A stretch of 64,000 nt of DNA from Macrostomum hystrix (Eukaryota > Animalia > Platyhelminthes), in the NCBI GenBank assembly GCA_950097015.1, contig CATNEN010000039.1, positions 11,780,001 through 11,844,000 of the forward strand. Direction: 5' to 3'. Positions 48,192-60,339 of this stretch are shown in pieces. The position numbers were made by a program, and so were the translations under genes. The notes below the pieces were generated by a model. That model was given only the letters and a program-made list of their open reading frames with translations. It did not search any database and was not told where the DNA came from. Each line of letters starts with the position of its first letter. Within the stretch, counting starts at the first letter, position 1.

Positions 48192-49449
48192 ATGGAAGTT
48201 GACAATGTCAATCAACCTGGTGGTGCCACCGCTGGCTCCAGTTCAACTTCAAAGTCACCATTAGCCACTGGACAACCTGGCTCAGCTGCCAAGCCATTTG
48301 TATTAAAGAAATGGAATCTGGTGGCCATGTGGAGCTGGGATGTGCAGTGCGACACCTGTGCTATATGCCGCATTCAGGTCAGCTTCCATCACATTCTCCT
48401 TGTACTATTTCTAATAGTAGAAAGACCACAAAGACAACTGATTTCCCTCCTAAAAATAGCAACTGCTGACTTCACCATTGCTCTAAAAAGAAATATCTGA
48501 TTTTTATGAAAGTCCATCAAATGGATCAGAAATTTTTGCCCTCAACAATGAGCTAACTTTAAAACCTTCAGAGGTCAGCATTATTGAGATATTCAGTGAT
48601 TATTGTTGAAGACCATGGTGACAAGGATAACAAATATTAAGCTTCTATGCGAATCATTTTTGTTTCAATAATGTAATAATTAAAGATATAATCAATGATA
48701 TATAATTAGCTATAAAAGCCAACATGTTAACAAAATGAAATTTGGTGAAGAGAAAATTATGTCTATAATAGGTGATTTTTGCCACCAGACACCACGACAA
48801 AAATCGTTGAATATCTCGATGATGTAAATGTTTTGTAGTTCTAGAAGCTATTTAACAGTAGGACTACCAAGCCATTTTGCCGCCCGTTTTTATTCCAAGG
48901 GGAGGGAAAATTTTCCCCTGACAATTTTTTTGGCAGCGCCCGAATGCTAACAGCGTTGGGTGGTGACTGATTGGTTGACAGACTAGGCGATGGTGTCCTG
49001 TGGTTGAGCTGCGCCTAATATTTTGGCTTGAGCATTGAAATTTGAGAAATTCGCGTCAGGGTGTCCATAGTAGCTTAGCTCCACCTCACGAAGAGGCAGT
49101 AAGTCAGGGGTAGATGTACACACGTGTGTGTGTGCTCAGGAGTCTGGAATAGGTAGACGGGTCTGCTATGTAATGTGCCTGTGCCCACAGCTCTGATTCA
49201 ATTATTTAATATCAGCATTTTTCCATTATTACAAGTTAATGAAATATCGTTAATTTAATCATTAAAAAACACCAGGTGATGGACGCCTGTTCGCGTTGCC
49301 AAGCTGAGAACAATTCTGATTCGTGCGTTGTTGTCTGGGGCAACTGCAGTCATTCGTTTCATAATTGCTGCATGTCTCTGTGGGTTAAGAAGAACAACAG
49401 ATGCCCGCTATGCCAAAAGGAATGGATTGTTGACAAGATTGGCCGGTGA
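48192..49449 (+). CDS. RNF7: RING-box protein 2 (RNF7/RBX2/SAG), 2 exons
   Basis: Exons 48192-48377 and 49276-49449: [27 protein letters not shown]|[50 protein letters not shown]. The WSWDV..DTCAICR.QVMDAC signature is RBX2 rather than RBX1. Confidence 0.95.
49095..49205 (+). mobile_element. SINE family A fragment in the RNF7 intron
   Basis: aagtcaggggtagatgtacacac...gctcaggagtc...gcccacagc. Confidence 0.65.
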
Positions 49450-50174
49450 TGTTTGAGAACACCTGGTGCAAGCTGATGCTTCTCTTCATGAATTTACTAT
49501 TTCGTAATTGCTTATTGCTTTGTTCTCATCAGAACTTTTTTAAAATAAATACACACAAAGATGCAAATAAAGTAACTGTTTAAAAATGTTTTAAAAAGTA
49601 AATTGAACTTTCCATAGCAACGGGTGATGCAAGTTTTGAAGCATTAACGTTGCTCTGTTGACTTCCCTAGCAACCAAAGACTCAGGTTTTCGAATTTAAA
49701 TTCCTGGATTTCCTTAGTAATGGAGGATGCTGATTGTTTGTTCGTGGTCACTAGGATTTCCCTAGCTACAGAAAGTCCATGTTTTTAAAGAACAGAAACT
49801 TACGAGTACCCGAATCTAGATAGCAGCAAATACGTTTCATGGGTAAATATCAAAGATCAGCTTTCTTTTTCTGTAAAAAAACAAGTTACTAATTTTTCCC
49901 TGCAAATAGTTTAAAAATTCATTTTCAGCTTTTCTCTGCATGTCTTGTTACTATTCAGATGCCAGTTTATTATAACTTAATGATGCTCGTTATAAATTAA
50001 TTAAAGTTTGTAAATTTTGACCGCAAGTTCTGTTGAAAGTTTATAACTTTAGCACTCATCCATTGTGTATTTCAGTTACTATTTGTACAACAGAAATACA
50101 AACACTCTGAACTTTACTGACGTAAACTACTTGACTTCAGACTTTTTAATATTAGCCTATAGAGGCTTTCGCCA

Positions 50175-50305
50175 AGCAATTTGAGCCTTGGACTTCTAAC
50201 TGACAGATCTAGAGTTCGAATCCTGGCTCGAACAAAAGGACTTGTGTCCTTGGGCCAGACACATTATTCCCAATTGCTGCAGTTAGCCCAGCTGTAAAAT
50301 TAGCG
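50175..50305 (+). mobile_element. SINE family B-related 5' fragment
   Basis: B-box gagttcgaatcc, then ttgtgtccttgggccagacac...cccagctgtaaaat (Meta/CORE-like block). Confidence 0.7.
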
Positions 50306-50360
50306 CTTGGGGCTAAGATTCGAACTCATAAGTAGAAGCAATGCAACAAAACTATTGCAG

Positions 50361-52919
50361 ATGCAGAGTCGCCAAGTCTATGATGGGAACAGGCGCGGTG
50401 GCTACAGAGGCGGCGGAGGTGGCTACAGCCGCGGTGTTCAACGTTATCCAGTTAAAACTCTGCAGCTGGCTGGTGAGCGGTTCCGTTCGGGCTGGCTGCA
50501 GAGTGCCAGCTGCGCGGGCAGCTGGGCCCACCGGGTGCACAATCTTCACCTGTCACATCCGCCAGGACTCCGCGTGTTGAATCAGTTGCCGAATCCGCAC
50601 GATTCGCCAATGATGCCGCCAACGCTTAATGGACAGCCTCAAGTGTCGTTAAACAGTTCTCAAAATTCTTTTGGTAGTCAATCGATGGCGTATGCCTCGG
50701 CATCAGTTCAACAGACTGCTAGCCAATCACAGGCTGCTGCAGTTTTGTCAGGGATTCACACCAGCCAATCGTATACTTCAACGGCATTACGTCATCCAAA
50801 TTCTTGCCAATCTGTTGTCACCATGGATGTGCAGCAAGTCAATGCCAGCCAATCGCAGGCCTCCCCAGAACTGGATTATTTTAATCCAAGCCAATTGCAG
50901 GCTGGCCCTAATATTCTATCTGATGGTACACAATCGCAGTTGTTCTTGGAATTACGTCAGCCTACAGCCAGTCACCGCTCTGACACTGCTAGTCGGCCTG
51001 CTACTGAAGTTGCCCAATCTCAAGGCTTGTCTGAATTGCGTCACCTTGTTGGTGAACCGCAGCATCGAGTGGAACCAACCGACAGCTCGGCCCCTACTAG
51101 CAGTCTTGGAAAGCGATCATTTCAGCCTGCGTCCGCTTATGAATCTTCGTCTGTTACCAAAAGGCCTTGTGACCAGGCCGACAGTCCAGCAAAAGCCACT
51201 GATTCGACATCAGGCGCAAAATCCACTTCCACCATGCAGTGCGACATCTGCTGCTTGTGCAAATCATCGTCAGTAGAAATGCAGCAGCACTTGAGTGTTA
51301 GCGGGCATGCAACGGCTAGTAAATGCCAAAAAAGTTCAGATTCGAGTAGCGAGCTTGTCATCGTATCGCCGTCTTGCCTAAAGCGCCATCGAGGCCAAGA
51401 AGCGGAGGCTGATGTGGAGATTCTCTGTCCGAATTGCGCCCTGCTTATTGGGTCCCGATTCGCTTGCGGTTTGCACTACAGTCTCGAGCATCAGACTGGA
51501 AGGTTGGCGGCTGCGATAAATGAAGCTTGAAAATCAATATAATGATTCTTGTCTAGTATTTACTTGGCCCTGCGGGGTGAGGTCGAGTGGCCTGGCCGTT
51601 AATTGTCGGAATGCGTGACTTGTCTGTTAGGTCGAGTCCGAGTAACTGCGAATCACATGACAGCACCAAGCAGTGGGCCAACCCGTTACATAAGAAGTAC
51701 CTCTGGGGGTTGATAAAAATAGTATAATAATAATTGCAGGAGTGCTGCGGGCAATGGCACATTATTTGGTGACACTAGACGTGCAGCCAGTGAGGAGGCA
51801 ATTCTGTCCATTTCGCTGACTCCTGAGCACACACGCACACAGATACTGTACGCAGGCACACGCTCACTACATCTGCGCTGACTTTCTCATCGTCAGGCAG
51901 TGTACACTTCACTGTGCCTTGGAGGTTGGCCCTTAAGGGCGTAAATTGTATGACAAGCCCCCAAAGCCTTCTCTCCGCGGCTGCGCCCCAAATGAATGTG
52001 GCCTCGCCGTGGAGTCGAACTTAGGGACTGTGGTGCGAGAGACAAACGCGGTAACCGCTCTGCCACCGACCCCCCTTGGTTGGTCCTCAAGGGCGAAAAA
52101 TTGCACTACAACCCTCCAAGCCAAATAAGTGTGGCCTCGCAGCAGCGGAATCAAGTTCAGGGACGTTGCTGCGAGAACCGCTTGATGACAAGACTGATGA
52201 GCACAGAATAATGGCTAAAACGTGGAGTTTTTATTGCTATAGAAATGTATCACACGTTTAGTGAGCTCCTTTCAAAACTTGGCTTCCGCAGAGAGATGTG
52301 GGCCGCCCGCCCAGTGGTGCACCGTCAGCGTCTTGACGCGGACCCTAGTCGGCTAGCTTGCTCCGGCTCCGCCTGCAATCAGCCCGCCCATTTTGCCAAA
52401 TTCGTCCAGCTTCATAAGCACTGGCGCAGCCATCCGGCTTGTTGCCCGGTTACGCCAATTTTTGCTAACCTGCCTCAAATGCAGTTGCTTATGGTTGTAG
52501 CCTGTACGGTTTGTCAGCGACTGTTTCTAGGCAAAGTACAGACTGGCAGTTTAAACACGCTAACTAAGGCAATTGGTCCGTTCGTCGCGGCTAGATCTCA
52601 TCTTATCGAACGGCATCAGGAAGTGCAGTCCTCTGCACAACTGCTGGTCACATTGATTGACCTGGCCGGAGGACGCGTGTCCCAAGTGCCGCCAATGGAT
52701 CTGGGTGTTAAACAAGCTCACAATTGGAGTCTACAATTGGCTCGTCAGTTGGCCGATAGGATGCGCTGCTTTGTTACTTCTAAACGCACGTCCTCTATGC
52801 GTCGACTGAGGCGGCACATTAAAGACCTGCGCTCTTGTGGCGGCAAGAGTGGTGGAACGAAGAGTAGCGGTGCAACCTCGGCAGCTGCAGTAATGAGCAG
52901 AAGAACATCGAACTTCTGA
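50361..52919 (+). CDS. Uncharacterised RGG-box plus multi-zinc-finger protein, at least 2 exons; 5' end uncertain
   Basis: Exons 50361-51502 and 52292-52919 join in frame (TGR|EMW). N-terminal RRGGYRGGGGGYSRG, an S/Q-rich region, and C2H2-like motifs CDICC..QQHLSVSGH, CPNC..GLHYSLEH, CSGSAC..LHKHWRSH and CTVC..RSHLIERH. Confidence 0.72.
51720..52175 (-). mobile_element. SINE family A, full length, plus a partial duplicated head segment
   Basis: Complete reverse copy to about 52075, then a second cctcaagggc...gtggcctcgc...ggaatcaag segment. Confidence 0.9.
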
Positions 52920-52994
52920 TGGACTCGTTAACTCAGTCACTGCAATAGCTCTGGCGTCCTTCATAAACCAATGCGTTTAAATATTTTATCTTCC

Positions 52995-53190
52995 ATGTAA
53001 CTCCCCGTATATCTCATCACCTATCACACTCCTCATGTTACCCAACTCACTCCCCACGACATCCACCTCACTCCACATGTCACCCACCTCACTCCTCTTG
53101 TCACCCACTCCTCTCCCCTTGCCACCCGCCACACTCCTCGTCACCCACCCACTCCTCTTGTCACACACCTCACTCCTCTTGTTACCTCAT
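52995..53190. repeat. C-rich degenerate tandem repeat (cactcctcttgtcacc-like)
   Basis: Low-complexity tandem units. Confidence 0.7.
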
Positions 53191-53517
53191 TGCTTCGCAG
53201 CCTGTTCATGATTCAAGACGTAGCAACAAATTCTTTCTGTTTGTAAATTTTTTACTAGCCAGCTTGTACAAAGAAGTATGTAATCCATCTGATTATTTAA
53301 TCCATCTAGCCAATACAGATAGTTTAATTGTGTCGACGTAATTGCCTAGCAAATATACAGAAAGCACATATGCCTTCCTAAACTTTATTTCCAGACCCGT
53401 GAGTGATAGGTTTTGCTTGTGCCATTGTTTATAATTATGTTTGAATTCAAAGACAAGTAGTTGTATTTTTTATTAAGAGTTTATTCTTAAGCCAAAAACA
53501 ACTTCAGCCCCTTAAAA

Positions 53518-54513
53518 ATGGAGCCGTTTCTGAGTCTATCCAATCAGCAGCAGCCAAGGCGTCTAAGCGCCCTCAGCCTTACCTCCGCTTCGGACGTGTC
53601 ATCGCTGACGACCGCCGCTGCTGCTGGCGCCTCATCGGCTGCCTGGCGATCCCCGGCGACACCGCTGGCTGCGCCAACACCCGACGACGAGTTGACCTGC
53701 ACTCCAGAGGATGCCGCCGCGACGATGACGGTTGCCAATGGCAACGGATCGCGTCGACCAGTTAGCAGCGGCGAGAGTCGTCGGGTCAAGTTCGCCGACT
53801 CGACGCCAGTCCGTCTGCCGTATCGCTGCCTGCCGACAAAGGAGAGTGTCGCCTGCGGTGACTTCGATGCCGAAGACAATCCGGTTATTGCAGTTGTTCC
53901 CGGCTACGGCGAGGCGGCAACCGTGACGGCGACTGCTACGGCAACTTCGGCCTCGGTGCTGGCCGCTCCGCAGCGTGGCAGCAGTCTTCGCCTGCAGGCT
54001 CGTCTACAGGCCCTGCGCTCGATTGTTGACAATGAGGACAACGACGCCGACGACAATCAGGATGTTGTTGTCGACGAACTCGGCGATATCGATCCGGATG
54101 ATCCGCGCCTGATCGAAGCTCGCGCTAAAGCCGCCAATGCGGCGCCTGGAGAACAAATTTTTGTCGGCCTACGTCGCCTCGACGTCTCGGCTGGTAGCGT
54201 TGAGCGTGTCGCCGTTGCCGACTCGGCTTGGACAACTAGGAGACCGCCGCGACCTTTCAACCGACCGACAGCTTCGTCACAGCAACAGCCACCGCCGCCT
54301 GACCCGGCCGAGCACTGGCGGCCTGAGGAGGCCGTGTCCGAGCCCAGCGGCTTTGACGACTGCGGCGGCCTGGCTGACACGGTCGGCCGCCTGCTCAGAC
54401 CGGGAATGGCGCTGGCCGCCCCCGGTGACAGCTTTGCCAGCGCGCTGCGCCGCTGGACAGTCAGCGACGGAAATGCTGGCGGCCTGGGTTGGCGCAGGAA
54501 CTGCTACTATTGA
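53518..54513 (+). CDS. Uncharacterised single-exon protein, 331 aa, with an RVxF motif
   Basis: GC-rich ORF with sharp AT-rich boundaries and an aaaaATGG start context. Contains SRRVKFAD, an acidic stretch and Pro-rich segments. Confidence 0.7.
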   Translation: MEPFLSLSNQQQPRRLSALSLTSASDVSSLTTAAAAGASSAAWRSPATPLAAPTPDDELTCTPEDAAATMTVANGNGSRRPVSSGESRRVKFADSTPVRLPYRCLPTKESVACGDFDAEDNPVIAVVPGYGEAATVTATATATSASVLAAPQRGSSLRLQARLQALRSIVDNEDNDADDNQDVVVDELGDIDPDDPRLIEARAKAANAAPGEQIFVGLRRLDVSAGSVERVAVADSAWTTRRPPRPFNRPTASSQQQPPPPDPAEHWRPEEAVSEPSGFDDCGGLADTVGRLLRPGMALAAPGDSFASALRRWTVSDGNAGGLGWRRNCYY

Positions 54514-54614
54514 TCCACAGCACGTACTCTGTGTTGCAATCCCTCCGACAGACACTTGTTAGACTTTAACCGGAAACTTTGTTTCACCTCTTCCTAACTA
54601 GACTTCCACCACCC

Positions 54615-54885
54615 CTTTCTGATCCTAGACACCCGCCACCCCATTCTTACCCTAGACACCCGCCACCCCATTCTTACCCTGGACACCCGCCGCCCCATTC
54701 TTACCCTAGACACCCGCCACCTCATTATTACCCTAGACACCCGCCACCCCATTCTTACCCTAGCCACCCGCCACCTCATTATTACCCTAGACACCCGCCA
54801 CCCCATTCTTACCCTAGCCACCCGACACCCTCTTCTTATCTGGACACCCGTTGCCCCTTCTTTTCTACACACCCGCCAACCCATT
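54615..54885. repeat. 27-bp minisatellite (accctagacacccgccaccccattctt)n
   Basis: About 8-9 tandem units. Confidence 0.9.
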
Positions 54886-55714
54886 TAACCGAAATGTTAA
54901 GCAGGCTTAACAATATTGAGCTGTGGATTCTTGTAGGATGCTGTAGTTTATTTCCTTTATTTCTTAATTTACTGCTTAAAATTGTATTCCGTCCAATTTT
55001 TGCTGTGCATTTGTTTAATCCCAGAGCAATTTGTGTTTAATTGAATACCTGAATAATTTTAATTGCTCATACTCAATATGTTACTTTGCTTGCATTTACA
55101 CGAAGTAAAACAAATAAAAAATGAACCAAACAAGACATTTTTATACAATTTGTTGTCAACAAGCACAAATCTAAGTAAGCACCCGATACCGCTACTGCAA
55201 GTAGTTTGAAGATAAATAATAAACTTGTCTATTTGTTTCTCTTGCTAATGTCAAATATAATTTTTATCTAGCATCTGTTCCAATAGTAAGCGTAATATAA
55301 ATATACGGATACGCTAACTTGTCTTCTTTTTTTAAATAACAGAGCAAGTCAAAGGAAATCACGATAAGAAAATTATGGGCCAGAGTAGAATAGCACAGCA
55401 TTTTGTGTGTATATGTTATCAAAAGGAAGGCAATAGGTAAGTTTCTTATTCTTCAATAAGCAACAGACGGATTTGAAAATTTGTAAAAGCTTGTTGTAGC
55501 CTAACACTCAATCACTATAGAAATTAAAGTACAAGTTAATGACATTGCGATAAAAGTTATAACTAAGGTTGATCGGTAGTGACTGGCTTCGTTAATATTT
55601 AGACAGAAAACATTTATTTGATCAGTTAAACGCATTAGTTGGGCCTCCTACGCCTTTTAAGCGTTAATGACTTGCGTTCGGTTTAAATTGATTTTACATG
55701 CTATTTTTTATAAG

Positions 55715-55915
55715 AGTCAGTTTGCCTCTCGCACTAAGCTCGATTCCGCGGCGAGGCCACAATACCTTGAAGTGCAGCAGCGGAGAGAAGGCTTGGGGCT
55801 TGATAGGGCGTGAAATTTACGCCCTTAAGAGCCAACCTCCAAGGCACAGTGAGTGTTCACTGACTGACGATGAGAAAGTCAGAGCAGATGTACACACCTG
55901 TGTGAGTGTGACTGT
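55715..55915 (+). mobile_element. SINE family A, truncated copy
   Basis: tcgattccgcggcgaggccac...ggagagaaggcttggg...ccaacctccaaggcacagtg...ctgacgatgagaaagtcag. Confidence 0.85.
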
Positions 55916-56161
55916 GTGCAGTTTCTGTGTGAGCTTTGGAAGGCTGCGGTTGTGCTACTAGCTGTACAATGGGCCTAACTGGTTAATGTGACACTCAGGA
56001 TTTGAACATTTATCCCCGTCTCTTAATCTAATACTAACAGCTAGGCTTTATCTATTTCCTGTCAACTTGAAAAAAAACTAAAGAAAATGATTTCTCTAAA
56101 AAAGAAGAGATGAGTCGGCAAGAAGAAATAAGTTAGGTATTTAGCAAGTCAGATAATTATG

Positions 56162-57834
56162 TTAACAGGATCCTTTACGTCGCTGCCTGTGATTGCTCTC
56201 TTTCTTGATGTGCACATACTCAAAGTAGAGCACATTCGGTATGCTGCTGCAGTCTCGCAGTTGAAGCAAATTGCCGATTTGGCTGAAGCAAAATTAGAAA
56301 ACAGTTTGTAACAATTATCTATAATTGATATGCCATAACCTAGCCAGTACTTACCTGCCAGCAAGAAATTGAAAGTAGGCGCTGAACTGACAATGCACCA
56401 TTAGGAACCAGGCAAAACCAGCTAGTAGGCCTAGCAGTAGACCGCAGCCAACCTGAGACCAGGTGTGATAGCCCAGGTATACCCTGCAATTTTGAGAATA
56501 AGGATTAGTAAATCACATTGGTCGATTGCTGAAAAAGACTATCAGCTATTCGTACCTGCTAAATGCAACGCCGCCGCCAATGGCTACAAGGCAGCAGCAC
56601 AGTATGTACTTCCACAAGTCCTCTAGTAAGCTGGCGTTGCGATATAAGCGTATAAGTACAAATAAGCACAGATAGGCCACTATGAATGCTGTGGCCTGCG
56701 CGTGATCGGATGGCATGCCGTAGGAGGTTAGCCTGTAACGACCTGAAAGCATTATTAGCACTATAGCAGCCTAGTTTAAGAGCGTAGGACTCACGACTTG
56801 AAGGCCAGGGGTTCGATTCCCGACTCCACTGAAACAAATTGTGTCCATTAGCAAGACACTTAACTCTGCATTGATTCAGTTCACCAAGCTGATAAATGGG
56901 TGCCAGCGTCTGCGTCAGCTGGGGTAATTGAGGGTGGGTGTGGCGTCCACCCAGTCCATGGACTGAACAGCTGTATGCAGCATTCAGATACAGCGCACAA
57001 TAGCTGCGACTGTGCAGTTGAGCCAGATTTACACCCATATGGCATTGCTGTAGCTACTGTTTCCAAAGGCTGTGTACAGCTGTTCAGTCCATAAATTGCT
57101 GAAGTTGTGCCACATCCACCCTAATTTCTATACTGGCTAGTGCAGGTACCAATTAAACAGATGGGTGAACTTAAACACTAGGCATGATTAGTTAAGTGTA
57201 TTGCTAAAATACATAAATTGTTTATATTTTTATGCACCCCCTTTGACATTTTTATAAATGTATCTTTGGCTATATAAATGGGTAAAAGACAGCTTCTGAT
57301 CTAGACCTAAATATTGTTTTAACTTCAAAGACAATTATATCTTAATCTTACCTGAATCCATGATTGGTCTAGGATGCTTCAGATATTTTTTTATTGCCAA
57401 ATTGATGCCTTCATTAATAAATATTCCGACAAGAAATGTAATCTGTCAAATTTGGGTTGAATGTAGAAAATTAAGTGAGATAGACATGAAATTAATTTTG
57501 TTGTACTTTTACAATTGTCTCTAGTCTAGATCTTCAGCTTTTCAGCTAAATCAGGAATCAGTGCATTTTATGTTAAATAATAGTACTAGTACTAACCATA
57601 TGTAGGTCACGTCGCAGCAGAATAACAGATACACAGCCAATGATAAAGAAGATAGGAAAAAAACTAAGCCATGCCAATGCCAAGCCAAGGTGATCGCCTG
57701 TTAAGACAAGATTAAGCACTTAATATTTGGATTTCTAATTTGAATAAAATGAATAAAATAAGAAACTTACCACTTGGATATTCTACTAACAGTAGGGTGA
57801 CTGGCTTCCATGTTTGATCATTGTACATTGGCAT
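56162..57834 (-). CDS. DOLPP1: Dolichyldiphosphatase 1 (PAP2 family), 6 exons
   Basis: Exons 57834-57771, 57697-57597, 57442-57352, 56742-56556, 56483-56355 and 56282-56162: WKPVTLLLVEYPSGDHLGLALAWLS...RRDLHMITFLVGIFINEGINLAIKKYLKHPRP...YGMPSDHAQ...SRVYLGYHTWSQV...LRDCSSIPNVLYFEY. All three PAP2 catalytic motifs are present. Confidence 0.95.
56755..57220 (+). mobile_element. SINE family B full copy (+) fused to an inverted family B fragment (-) in DOLPP1 intron 3
   Basis: tRNA head with ggttcgattcc, Meta/CORE-like block and palindrome. From about 57045 the same body recurs on the reverse strand. Confidence 0.85.
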
Positions 57835-60339
57835 TGTTGGTTAGCTTTGAAATAGATACCACAAGCTAAGGATCAACTTTGAATAGGTTATAATTTATCT
57901 AGCTGAAATGAAATAAATATAACAATTAAGGGCTTTTCATGACAAAAATATTTATTGGATATGCAAGTCGCATTAGTAGCAATAATGCAAATCAAAATGG
58001 CTTCTACCTAAGACTATGACTTGAAATTTAACAAGTTTAAAAGCTCTAAAAACACATGATCACAAAATCAATTTTTATTTGCCATAATAATAAAAAGTGA
58101 AGTCCTAACCTAGGTTTTGTGTCAAAATATGGTGCCATGCAATCCATCACCCAAAAAACTTTTTGGTTCATTTCAGTTCTTTCTTCAGAAAAAATTAAAC
58201 TGTTGTTGCTATTGTTGGAGTTGCTATAGTTTTTTCTATTTACTCATAGTTTTTAAACAAAACCTAAATTGTTGTCTAACATGATATTCAAGACAATACA
58301 CAATGTCAATAGCAGTAAATAGAACAAATGGAAGTAGAACATTGCTGAAGCATACTTCAATTATCTTTATTATAAAAATACATTTTTGGCACCAGGTAAA
58401 AAATTATGGTGTTTTTGGCACTATACTCTATTTTAACTCATGCTAGGCCTATTTATTTATTTAAGTCAATTTAAATGAATTTCAAAACTGAATATTCCAT
58501 TTTAGTTTCAAGCTCTATATAGCTAGCTGGTTAATGTGTCTCGGCAAGTAAATATAAATCGAAAAAAAATCAACGATTTCAATTGTTGGAAATGAAAAAT
58601 ACACAATTATTTTTAAGCCTCCAATTAAAACTAAAAAAGCGAATTAAGTTACTTTTGATACATACTCTGAAGTATCTCTGACATTGCTTAATAATAAATA
58701 AATCGTACTCTTTTATATACTTTCTAAGAAAAAATTTTTTTTAATTTATGTCAGAAAAAGTTCAATAAATGAATTTCTTCCAAAAAATTTTTTTGATATT
58801 TTTAATTTAAAAGAAATAAATGGCGCTACATTCCACCTTCTATAAAGGTTTTTAAAAAACGTTTGTTAATTTTTTGTTACTCTTTATAATATGCTTGTTT
58901 AAAGACAATTAATGATATATAGTGTGTAAAATTTGAGGTGCTATTAAAGTTTAACTTTAAGGTGCTAAAGTTTAAGAATATAATAGCGCTGATTCTGTAT
59001 GAGAAATTAAATTGTTCTCATAGCCCATGCATGTGGCATGCACAATATGCAGTTTTCGCCCCTAATTATAGCCATAAATTCAATTGGCTCAACGTGAACG
59101 CGTTTATTCATCTTACATCAATTGAGCTGTGGCATGATGTGCAGTACACCAACACATCAGGTAGTCAGAATTGCATGGATTGTATATTCATGCACCACTG
59201 AACACTGTAGCAATGCATTTGGGTGTACAGACTGCATGTACGCACGTATACAAGTATATACGGGTCGAGCTAAAGAGAATACAGCTGTAAATATAAAAAC
59301 CGGCAAAGCCGATAATTTTTAATATTATAGCTGCGTGTTGTACGTATTAACGGTATAAGCTATGTATAACCAGCTTGCTTGTCTATAAGCTAGCTTTTCA
59401 AGCATTAATGAGCTCACAAAATCCCATATTTGGAAGCTGTCTGCAATAATTTTGTCAACGATCGTTTGTAAATTTTTCCACAAGAATTTAAATGTGATAC
59501 TCGATGGACATGTTAAATTGTATCATGAACTTAAAATAAATTATCTAAAGTGTGAAAGCTAAAAGCCACTTAGGAAGCACAATTTGGCCAGTCAGTGCCC
59601 TTCAATATGATTACCTAAATTGCATATATAAAGAATTGAGATGACTATATTTGTTATTGAGCACAAATAAATCCTTTTGGCTCTATGAAAAGTGAATTAG
59701 ATAGATTGATTGATTGATGACAAGCATTTGAGCGAAGAAACACGCGCTAGCACTGTCTTCCTAAATATGCCTCTTAAGATATTGATGACCACTTGTGCAA
59801 TATCCGGATAGCAATAACCTATATGAGTATCAATTAGCTGCATGTGGTTGCTAATTGCTAGTGGAAATTTTTCTACAATCTGTTTACTCGGAAGAAATAT
59901 AGAGCTCCGAAATTATTTATCATGCTTACAAAATCGCATTCCTAGCAATATATTCGTATTGTATAGCTTTGGGATGGAATCAAAAGCAGGATGCTGCAGA
60001 CCATATAGGAGGAAATTGAGCACGTAATTAATACTCGGAGAACTGCCCCCACTATGTGCAGAGGCCAGACTGGTTTGTGTGCAATATGTTCTCATAAATT
60101 TATGCAATTCGGGAATCGTGAGTTAAGACGATTATGTAACAGTCGGGGCGAATCCGCGGTACCCCAGTCACTAAATAGTAGATTTGGTGTGCATAATCGA
60201 AGTGATTCAAGCGAAAAATCCTAATTATCTACAAGTTGATGGATGAGATCGGATTGTGCCGTTATAATTAGCTGTTTAATTCGTATTCATGCACTATGAA
60301 TATCTGGGACAAACCATATAGAACGAAATCGAAAACTTT

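Noticed and set aside
50307-50360. ORF-track start of the 407-aa ORF
   Set aside because: It begins at a non-ATG codon next to a SINE fragment. The acceptor ttgcag|ATG at 50360/50361 is the more plausible exon start, and the ORF splices at 51502.
55860-55895. CTGACGA in SINE A as a hammerhead ribozyme core
   Set aside because: No stem II closed by GAAA, and no stem III or cleavage triplet. The motif is part of a simple hairpin.
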